From NCBI GenBank assembly GCA_021805245.1, contig JAJZFS010000048.1, positions 5,536-69,535 of the forward strand: a stretch of 64,000 nucleotides of DNA. Reading direction: 5' to 3'. Below, piece by piece: positions 57,150 to 64,000 of this stretch. Numbering within the stretch: position 1 is the stretch's first letter; every line of letters begins with the position of its first letter. The notes under the pieces were generated by a model. That model searched no databases. It saw nothing but the letters and a program-made list of their open reading frames with translations, and was not told the DNA's origin. The stretch comes from Pseudomonadota bacterium. GTDB taxonomy: Bacteria > Pseudomonadota > Alphaproteobacteria > Micavibrionales > UBA2020. The translations under genes and the position numbers were made by a program.

Positions 57150-58385
57150 ATGACACCATTTCAGACAATCGCCCTGCTTTTGACCTTCGTCGCCATCGGC
57201 GGGTATCTCAACCACAAATACTTCCGCCTGCCGGCAACAATCGGCCACATGACCTTCGCTCTGATCCTCTCTTTGAGCGCCCTCGTCCTTTATAAACTCG
57301 GGCTGTTCGACATCACCCCCGTCCAGACCGCCGTCGGGCATATCAACTTCTCGGAAGTGCTGCTGCACGGCATGCTGTCGTTCCTGCTTTTCGCGGGCGC
57401 GTTGCAAATCAGCCTCGATGACCTGAAAAGCGTCGGCGCGCCCGTCGCCGTACTGGCGACGGCAGGCGTTTTCATGGCGACACTCATCACCGGCGCGCTG
57501 GTATGGCTGGGCGCGCATTGGCTGGGCATCGGCCTGCCCTACATTTACGCGCTGCTGTTCGGCGCGCTGATCTCGCCGACCGACCCAATCGCCGTGCTCG
57601 CCATCATGAAGGACGCGGGGCTGTCGAAGAAGCTCTATACCAAAATCGGCAGCGAGAGCCTGTTCAACGACGGCGTCGGCGTCGTGATCTTTCTCACCAT
57701 TCTCGGCATCGCCAACGGCGAGCAGAAGCTCGACCCGCAGGCCATCGCCGTGTTGCTCGCGCAAAAATCCCTCGGCGGTCTCGCGCTCGGTTTCTTCCTC
57801 GGCTGGGTGACGGAATCTCTTCTACGCCGCCTCAACGATTATAAGGTCGAAGTGCTGCTGACCCTCGCGCTCGTCACCGGCGGCTATACGCTGGCGGAAT
57901 TTCTCCATGTCTCCGCGCCGATCTGCATGGTCGCGGCGGGCCTGACCGTCGGCAACGACAAACCCAAAAACGGCGGTAAGCGCGGGCAGGACCGCGAGAG
58001 GGTCGATCTCTTCTGGGAGCTGCTCGATGAAATCTTCAACGCCGTGCTGTTCATGCTGGTGGGGCTGGAACTCATCGTCATCGATATCACCAGACAGCAT
58101 CTGCTGCTCGGCGGCATTGCCATCGCCGCCGTGCTCTTCGCCCGCACCGTCAGCGTCAGCATCCCGATCGGCCTGATGAGCCTGAAACAAACATTTGAAA
58201 AAGGCACCATCCCGCTACTCGTCTGGGGCGGCCTGCGCGGCGGCCTGTCCATCGCCATGGCGCTTTCTTTGCCCGACGGTCAGGAAAAAGGCATCATTCT
58301 TCCCGTCACCTACGTGGTTGTGTTGTTCTCGATCCTCGTGCAGGGGTTGAGCTTCAAAAAACTGATGATTTTCTTCACGGAATAA
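57150..58385 (+). CDS. Na+/H+ (cation:proton) antiporter, CPA1/NhaP type
   Basis: 411-aa polytopic protein; ..FGALISPTDPIAVLAIMK.. and ..ESLFNDGVGVVIF.. motifs. Confidence 0.85.
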   Translation: MTPFQTIALLLTFVAIGGYLNHKYFRLPATIGHMTFALILSLSALVLYKLGLFDITPVQTAVGHINFSEVLLHGMLSFLLFAGALQISLDDLKSVGAPVAVLATAGVFMATLITGALVWLGAHWLGIGLPYIYALLFGALISPTDPIAVLAIMKDAGLSKKLYTKIGSESLFNDGVGVVIFLTILGIANGEQKLDPQAIAVLLAQKSLGGLALGFFLGWVTESLLRRLNDYKVEVLLTLALVTGGYTLAEFLHVSAPICMVAAGLTVGNDKPKNGGKRGQDRERVDLFWELLDEIFNAVLFMLVGLELIVIDITRQHLLLGGIAIAAVLFARTVSVSIPIGLMSLKQTFEKGTIPLLVWGGLRGGLSIAMALSLPDGQEKGIILPVTYVVVLFSILVQGLSFKKLMIFFTE

Positions 58386-59085
58386 ACGCCGACATATGCG
58401 GCGGGACAGGCGCTTCTATAGAAAGCGGCGGCTGATCCGCGTATAGGGGAATGTCTACCGCGCGGGCGTGCAAATGCAAAAGCGGCAAGCTTTCGTCCTC
58501 CTGCGCCGCCGGGCCGTAAACCCAGTCGCCGATCACCGGACAGCCGAGCGACTTGCAGTGGATGCGGATCTGGTGCGTGCGCCCCGTTTGCGGTTTCAGT
58601 TCGAGAAAGCTCCAACCATCCCCGCGCTGTACGGCCTTCCACGCCGTGACGGCGCGCTGCGCCGCCTCTTTCTCTTCGCACACTTTCATGTACCAGCCTT
58701 GCGGCGTTTTCACTTTTTCAAGGAAGCCGTCGATCAGTCCCTCATCTTCCTTCGGCCCGCCATGCACGATCGCCCAGTAGGTCTTGGCAACGCCGCCCGA
58801 CTCGAACAGTTTGCCAAGACGGCGCAAGGCCTTCTTCTGACGGCCGAGAATGAGACAACCGGAGGTGTCACGGTCGAGCCGGTGCGCAAGCCACGGCGCA
58901 TACGGCAGCTCGAACTTCAGCGCATCGAAATAATCCTCGAGAGAGGGATATTTGCGCGGGCCCGGATGCACCGGAATCCCCGGCGGCTTGTTGACGACGA
59001 TGATCAGCTTGTCTTTGAAAAGCACGCGGCTTTGCAGATCTTCCGCCGTCAGCGCGTAATGATAGAGGTTTTTGTCTTCCGCCAT
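58375..59085 (-). CDS. RluA-family pseudouridine synthase
   Basis: ATG at 59085 gives MAEDKNLYHY...VVNKPPGIPVHPG...HRLDRDTSGCLILG...GRTHQIRIH. The 450-aa ORF in the track is an upstream extension artefact. Confidence 0.85.
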   Translation of the reverse strand: MAEDKNLYHYALTAEDLQSRVLFKDKLIIVVNKPPGIPVHPGPRKYPSLEDYFDALKFELPYAPWLAHRLDRDTSGCLILGRQKKALRRLGKLFESGGVAKTYWAIVHGGPKEDEGLIDGFLEKVKTPQGWYMKVCEEKEAAQRAVTAWKAVQRGDGWSFLELKPQTGRTHQIRIHCKSLGCPVIGDWVYGPAAQEDESLPLLHLHARAVDIPLYADQPPLSIEAPVPPHMSAFIP

Positions 59086-59151
59086 GGCTTTTAAGCCTTT
59101 CTTCCCGCCCGAATATAGCATATAAAAAAGCCGTAAAAGGAGAATAAAGTC

Positions 59152-59784
59152 ATGTCCGGCAATACGACCCTCATCGACCACCCCCTTATCCAGCACAAGC
59201 TCGCCATGATGCGCGACAAGGACACTTCGACCAAGAAATTCCGCACCCTGCTGCGCGAAATCTCCATGCTGATGGGCTACGAGCTGATGCGCGACCTGCC
59301 GACGGAGGAAATCGAGATCGAAACGCCGCTCGAAAAGATGAAGGCGCGCTCTCTCTCCGGCAAGAAACTCTGCATTGTCCCGATCCTGCGCGCCGGCCTC
59401 GGCTTCGTCGATGGACTTTTGGAGCTCGTGCCCGCGGCGCGCGTCGGGCACATCGGTCTTTACCGCAACCCCGAAACGCTCGAGGCCGTCGACTACTATA
59501 AAAAATTCCCCGACGACATGGCGGGCCGTATCGTGCTCGCGGTCGACCCGATGCTGGCGACCGGCCATTCCGCCGTCGCCGCCGTCAACCATATCAAGGA
59601 GACAGGCGCGACCGACATCCGCTTCCTCTGCCTGATCGCCGCGCCCATCGGCATCGAGACCTTCCACAAGACCCATCCCGACGTGCAGATCTACACCGCC
59701 GCCATCGACCGCGAGCTCAACGACCACGGCTACATCCTGCCCGGCATCGGCGACGCGGGCGACAGGATCTTCGGAACGAAATAA
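59152..59784 (+). CDS. upp: Uracil phosphoribosyltransferase
   Basis: 210 aa; HPLIQHKL..., VPILRAGLG, and [11 protein letters not shown]. Confidence 0.95.
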   Translation: MSGNTTLIDHPLIQHKLAMMRDKDTSTKKFRTLLREISMLMGYELMRDLPTEEIEIETPLEKMKARSLSGKKLCIVPILRAGLGFVDGLLELVPAARVGHIGLYRNPETLEAVDYYKKFPDDMAGRIVLAVDPMLATGHSAVAAVNHIKETGATDIRFLCLIAAPIGIETFHKTHPDVQIYTAAIDRELNDHGYILPGIGDAGDRIFGTK

Positions 59785-60455
59785 TGCCCGAAGGTTCCGC
59801 TCAAGAAATCTGGTTCATCCGCCACGGCGAAAGCACGACCAACGCCGGAGAAATCTCCCAAGACAAATTCTCGACGCAGCTCACCGCACGCGGGCAGGAA
59901 CAGGCGAAGGCCGCCAGCCTTGCCGTGCCGCACGCGCCGGGGCTGATCGTCGTCACGCCTTATATCCGCACGCACCTGACGGCGGAGCCGCTGCAGCGGC
60001 GTTTCCCCAAGAGCCCGCGCGAAATTTGGGACTTGCATGAATTTTCCGCCCTCTCCGACGAGAACTACTCCAACCGCACGTGGACGGAGCGCATTCCGCT
60101 GATGCAGGCTTTCTGGGAGCGCAATGATCCCGACTACGTGGACGGCGCAGGCGCAGAGTCTTTCTCAGACATGGCGGGCCGCGTGCGCGCGGCACTCGAC
60201 AAGCTGCAAACGCGCGAAGAAAGCTTCACCGTCGTCTTCGCGCACGGCTACATCATCCAGACGGCACGGCTGATCCTCGCTCAGCCTGACCTGCCGGAAA
60301 AAGAGCTGATGCAAAAGCTCGCCCACTCGACGCGCACGAGCCACATCGAAAACTGCGCCATCACCCGCGTCCTCAAAAGCGCGGGCAACCTCAGCCTTCA
60401 CGCGGAAGACCTTAAAAATATGGATAAAGAGCTTTTATCCGAGCGGGTGGATTAG
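59784..60455 (+). CDS. Histidine phosphatase (phosphoglycerate mutase-like) family protein
   Basis: IWFIRHGESTTN (RHG motif) and a later FAHG. TAATG overlap with upp. Confidence 0.8.
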   Translation: MPEGSAQEIWFIRHGESTTNAGEISQDKFSTQLTARGQEQAKAASLAVPHAPGLIVVTPYIRTHLTAEPLQRRFPKSPREIWDLHEFSALSDENYSNRTWTERIPLMQAFWERNDPDYVDGAGAESFSDMAGRVRAALDKLQTREESFTVVFAHGYIIQTARLILAQPDLPEKELMQKLAHSTRTSHIENCAITRVLKSAGNLSLHAEDLKNMDKELLSERVD

Positions 60456-61522
60456 GCCCTTTTATTCAGCCACTTGCCGATGGAGGGCGGCACCTCGCGC
60501 TGCGCGCTCGACGACACGTAAATGCCGATATGTCCGCCGCGGAACGATAGCTCGGTATAATCCTTCGTCCCGACGTATTGCTGCAGCGGTTTAGAGGCCG
60601 ACGGCGGCACCAGGTGGTCATCCTGCGCGTAGACGTTCAGCACGGGGCATTTGATGTCGCCGAGGTTGACCGTTTGGCCGCCCAGTGCGACCGTGCCCTT
60701 GACCAGCCCGTTTTGCTGGTAGAACTCCTTGACGAACTGACGGTAGGCTTCTCCCGCCTGATCGGGGGAGTCGAAAATCCACTTCTCCATATACATGAAG
60801 TTGTGCACCTGCTGCGGGTTGTCGAGAATATCGACCATGTCAATGTATTTTTGCGCAATCAGACGGTAGGGCTTGAGGTTGAGGAACGTCCAGTTCATCA
60901 AATCGCCCGGAATGTTGCCCATGCTGTCGACCAGCAGGTCGACATCGATGTTGCGGATCCAGTGGGCGAGCATGTTGTCTTCGGTCTGGAAATCAACCGG
61001 CGTGACCATGGTGACGAGATTGCGCACCTTCTCCGGATGTAGCGCGGTGTAACAGAGGCTGAAAGCGCCGCCCTGACAGATGCCGAGCAGGTTGACCTTG
61101 GAAACACCATGCCGTTCGCACAGGACCTCCACGCAACGGTCGATATAGCCGTTGATGTAGTCGTCCATCGTCACGAAGCGGTCGGAGCGGTCGGGATAGC
61201 CCCAGTCGATGAGGTAGACGTCCTGCCCCGTTTCGAGCAGACCGCGGATCATCGAGCGGTTTTCCTGCAGGTCAGTCATGTAAGGGCGGTTGACCAGCGC
61301 GTAGGCGATCAGCATCGGTGTTTTATTGGTCGCCGTTTTGCCGGTCGGATTCTTGTAGTGGTACAGCGTGAGCTTGTCTTCGCTGTAGACCGCTTCCTTT
61401 TCCGTGACGCCGGACGGCAGGTCCCCGACTGCGCGGAGGGTCTTGATGCCCTCGGCGAGCTTGGTGTTGAAGTTGGTGACTTCCTTGAAGATTTCTTCAG
61501 GGCTGAGCTGAACGGCGAACAT
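60452..61522 (-). CDS. phaC: Class III poly(R)-hydroxyalkanoate synthase subunit PhaC
   Basis: 356 aa, the class III size; lipase-box-like GICQGG with the catalytic Cys. Followed upstream by phaE. Confidence 0.88.
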   Translation of the reverse strand: MFAVQLSPEEIFKEVTNFNTKLAEGIKTLRAVGDLPSGVTEKEAVYSEDKLTLYHYKNPTGKTATNKTPMLIAYALVNRPYMTDLQENRSMIRGLLETGQDVYLIDWGYPDRSDRFVTMDDYINGYIDRCVEVLCERHGVSKVNLLGICQGGAFSLCYTALHPEKVRNLVTMVTPVDFQTEDNMLAHWIRNIDVDLLVDSMGNIPGDLMNWTFLNLKPYRLIAQKYIDMVDILDNPQQVHNFMYMEKWIFDSPDQAGEAYRQFVKEFYQQNGLVKGTVALGGQTVNLGDIKCPVLNVYAQDDHLVPPSASKPLQQYVGTKDYTELSFRGGHIGIYVSSSAQREVPPSIGKWLNKRA

Positions 61523-62505
61523 TATTTCTTCTTCCCTTTCTTGGCGGTTTTCTTGGCCGCCGCTTTCGCGGGCGCGGCCTTTTTGGCGGCGGGTGCGGCC
61601 TTTTTCTTCGGTGCGGTTTTCACCTTGCCGGACAGGGCGGCCCTGAGTTCCGCCACTTCACTGCGCAGGGCGTGCAGCCGCTTGTGCAGGCTGTCCACTT
61701 CGGCGCGGGTCGGCATGTTGAACTGGTCGAGAAGTTCGTCGGTGATCACATTCTGCTGCTTTTTGAACGCCATCAGCGCGTTGACGACTTCGCCGTAAAT
61801 ACGGGTGTATTCCTCCGTCATGGCGTAGCGTGCGTAGATGTCCTCGCAGATATCGACCCACTTGCCGTAGACTTCCTTGAGGGAAGTCAGCGGCGCCGCG
61901 CCTTCCGGCGGGTTGGTGACGTAGTCCTGAAACTTGCGCACCGCCTCGAGACCGACCCTGGACATGCTGGCGGTGTAGTCGCGCGATTTGGCCTGATAGT
62001 CTTCCCACATCTGGTAGAGGTGATTGAACTGCTCCTGCTTTTCGCGGGTGTAGCCGATGCCGGGCATCGACGCGAAGAAGTTAAGCGGATCGATAGCCGC
62101 GAACGGGTCTTTGCCCGACTGGCCCATCGCCGAGAAGTTGGCTTGCCCCGCGAAAGCCTTCTGCAGGCTTTCCACCCACTCCTGCACCATTTCCGGCAGC
62201 GGCTTGGCCTGGCCTGTACCCTGATAGAACTGCTGCATCATGTTGAGATAGTTTTCGCCCGCGCGGGTGAAATACTGCTGGAACTGCCGCACGTCGCCGA
62301 AACCGTCCAGACCCGGTGTCTGGCCGGAGAGCGTGTTTTGCCATGTCTTCAGAAGCTCGGCCCATTGCGCCTGCGGCCCGCTCTGCGGCGCGGTGGCGCC
62401 GAAAAAGTTGCGCTGCTGCTCGAACCAGCTGTCCCAATATTGCTTTTGCGAACTAAACCAGTCCCCGTTTTGTTGTGCAGATGATGTATGCGTCATGGTG
62501 TCCAC
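61522..62505 (-). CDS. phaE: Class III PHA synthase subunit PhaE with Lys/Ala/Pro-rich C-terminal tail
   Basis: 327 aa. The N-terminal W/Q-rich region is typical of PhaE (..WFSSQKQYWDSWFEQQRNFF..) and the stop/start abuts phaC. The tail reads GKVKTAPKKKAAPAAKKAAPAKAAAKKTAKKGKKK. Confidence 0.75.
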   Translation of the reverse strand: MDTMTHTSSAQQNGDWFSSQKQYWDSWFEQQRNFFGATAPQSGPQAQWAELLKTWQNTLSGQTPGLDGFGDVRQFQQYFTRAGENYLNMMQQFYQGTGQAKPLPEMVQEWVESLQKAFAGQANFSAMGQSGKDPFAAIDPLNFFASMPGIGYTREKQEQFNHLYQMWEDYQAKSRDYTASMSRVGLEAVRKFQDYVTNPPEGAAPLTSLKEVYGKWVDICEDIYARYAMTEEYTRIYGEVVNALMAFKKQQNVITDELLDQFNMPTRAEVDSLHKRLHALRSEVAELRAALSGKVKTAPKKKAAPAAKKAAPAKAAAKKTAKKGKKK

Positions 62506-62761
62506 CCTTTGTTAAAAACCGCTATTGAGAATCCTTGATATATTCCAGTGTAGCATATTTTTGTGCAGTGCAGCAATTCAAAAAAGCGACCGTCATAAAA
62601 GCGCTTCTCCGCCCCGCAAAATGCCACGTGATACGAAAAAGCTTGCCTAAAGCTAGACCTCTGCCCTATAAAAGACCAGCGAAAAAACGCTCTGTGTCAG
62701 GGTTTTTTCAGGATTTGTTAATAAATTTATTATTAGTTTCTTATATCGAGAGGGTCTAGTC

Positions 62762-63583
62762 ATGACGGCGAGTTCCAAACCTGCGAAGACAGGCGAAATC
62801 AAACAATCAGCGGAAACCGAAAAGGCTGCGCCGCCAAAAGGCCAAACAGTTTCGCGCGTCGTATTGGTGACGGGCGGCACGGGCGGCATCGGCACGGCGA
62901 TCTGCAAAAAGCTTGCGCAGCAAGGCCATATCGTCGCCACCACCTACCGCAACAAGGAAAAAGCCGATGCGTGGAAGCGCGCGATGCAAAAAGAAGGCTT
63001 CACCTTCCATCTCTACAAATGCGATGTTGCCGACTTCGAAGACTGCCAGCAGATGATCAAAGTCATCGTGGCGGAACTGGGCCCGATACAGGTGCTGATC
63101 AACAATGCCGGCATCACCCGCGACTCGAGCTTGCGCAAGATGACGCACGAGCAATGGCAGACCGTCATCTCCAGCAATCTGGACAGCGTCTTCAACGTCA
63201 CCCGTCCTGTGATCGACTATATGCTGGAAACGGGCTTCGGCCGCATCATCAACATCTCCTCGATCAACGGCCAGAAAGGTCAGTTCGGGCAGGCGAATTA
63301 CGCCGCCACCAAAGCCGGCATGCACGGCTTCACCAAGGCGCTGGCGCTTGAAGTCGCCAAAAAAGGCATTACCGTCAACACCATTTCGCCCGGCTACATC
63401 GAGACGGAAATGGTCGCCGCGGTGGCGGAAAACATCCGCAACAGCATCGTCGCGCAGATTCCCGTCGGCCGTTTCGGCACGCCGGAGGACGTCGCGCACG
63501 CCGTTGCCTTCCTCGTCGCCGACGAATCCGGCTTTATCACCGGCACAAACCTCGCCACCAACGGCGGGCACTTTATGGAGTAA
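62762..63583 (+). CDS. phaB: Acetoacetyl-CoA reductase (SDR) with a roughly 30-aa N-terminal extension
   Basis: VTGGTGGIGTAI, NNAGITRD and YAATKAG motifs; GAGAGGG RBS. Extension: MTASSKPAKTGEIKQSAETEKAAPPKGQTVSR. Confidence 0.88.
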   Translation: MTASSKPAKTGEIKQSAETEKAAPPKGQTVSRVVLVTGGTGGIGTAICKKLAQQGHIVATTYRNKEKADAWKRAMQKEGFTFHLYKCDVADFEDCQQMIKVIVAELGPIQVLINNAGITRDSSLRKMTHEQWQTVISSNLDSVFNVTRPVIDYMLETGFGRIINISSINGQKGQFGQANYAATKAGMHGFTKALALEVAKKGITVNTISPGYIETEMVAAVAENIRNSIVAQIPVGRFGTPEDVAHAVAFLVADESGFITGTNLATNGGHFME

Positions 63584-63590
63584 CCCGAAT

Positions 63591-64000
63591 ATGCGCGTTA
63601 TCAAGAAATATCCCAACCGCCGCCTCTACGACACCGAGAAAAGCGCCTACATCACGGTCGCCGACGTGTTGAAGATCATCCGCGCTGGCGAGGATTTTCA
63701 GGTCGTCGACGCGGAAAGCGGCAAGGACATCACGCGCACCGTCCTCGTGCAGATCATCACCGAACAGGAGGGCGGCGCCTCGCCGATCTTCACCACCGAC
63801 ATGCTGACGCGCTTCATCCGCTTCTACGACGACCAGTCGCAGGAGATTTTCGGCGAGTTCCTCGACAAGAACCTCAAGATGTTCGCCGAGCAGCAAAAAC
63901 GCTTCCAGGACCAGATGGGCAACCTGATCGGCTCGCCCCTGCAGATCATGCAGGACCTGACCGAGCGCAATCTCTCAATGTGGAGCGACATGCAATCGCA
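63591..64000 (+). CDS. phaR: PHA synthesis repressor PhaR (partial, runs off window)
   Basis: My translation from ATG 63591 is MRVIKKYPNRRLYDTEKSAYITVADVLKIIRAGEDFQVVDAESGKDITRTVLVQIITEQE..., a canonical PhaR N-terminus. Confidence 0.88.
   Translation, partial: MRVIKKYPNRRLYDTEKSAYITVADVLKIIRAGEDFQVVDAESGKDITRTVLVQIITEQEGGASPIFTTDMLTRFIRFYDDQSQEIFGEFLDKNLKMFAEQQKRFQDQMGNLIGSPLQIMQDLTERNLSMWSDMQS

Noticed and set aside
62563-62574. A PhaR operator (minus strand CTGC-N3-GCAC inside GTGCAGTGCAGC) in the phaE/phaB intergenic region.
   Set aside because: It is only a one-mismatch resemblance to a CTGC-N3-GCAG-type site that I recall imperfectly. That is too weak to annotate, though it is worth an EMSA if the locus is studied.

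Overview
This is a GC-rich (about 60% by eye) chromosome segment of alphaproteobacterial type, densely coding on both strands. I cannot assign a species without a database search.

Ordinary core regions:
- 1-22 kb: tesA/ybbA/ybbP-like trio, rpmI-rplT, a PilZ protein, an M50-CBS protease, argE, a UbiH-family hydroxylase, ihfB, a 1134-aa AMIN+TPR envelope protein, and a complete five-step histidine utilisation set (hutF, hutI, hutG, hutH, hutU) followed by lpd.
- 22-40 kb: a duplicated EF-hand-like protein, a STAS-like protein with a basic tail, mscS, a YHYH/CtaG-like/SCO copper-type module, cysD-cysNC-cysQ fused into a flagellin/glycosyltransferase locus, and emrAB plus a LysR regulator.
- 55-64 kb: an MsbA-like ABC exporter, an NhaP-type antiporter, an RluA-family synthase, upp, and a class III PHA cluster (phaC-phaE / phaB-phaR).

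The accessory part is about 40.3-55.1 kb and has visibly lower GC. It holds a cluster of small stress-type envelope genes, then a histidine kinase whose partner response regulator carries two in-frame stop codons. After these come Crp/Fnr and XRE regulators, a decayed serine-recombinase gene, and a complete alternative N-type F-ATPase operon (atpD-C-Q-B-E-F-A-G).

The ATPase operon is bracketed by a perfect 18-bp direct repeat and abuts a tRNA-Val(GAC). I consider this bounded, tRNA-linked N-ATPase cassette (no atpR, Na+-type c subunit, degenerate alpha P-loop) the most notable system.

Other leads:
- a possible PAPS-supplying module co-transcribed with a flagellin glycosyltransferase;
- an uncharacterised YHYH-CtaG-SCO module;
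- an orphan promoter/terminator pair (candidate sRNA);
- three pure nonsense lesions in otherwise intact genes;
- 29-bp tandem repeats at a gene's 3' end;
- Lys/Ala/Pro-rich tails on several unrelated proteins, including PhaE.

All calls rest on reading the supplied ORF translations and the DNA by eye. No database search or folding computation was run.
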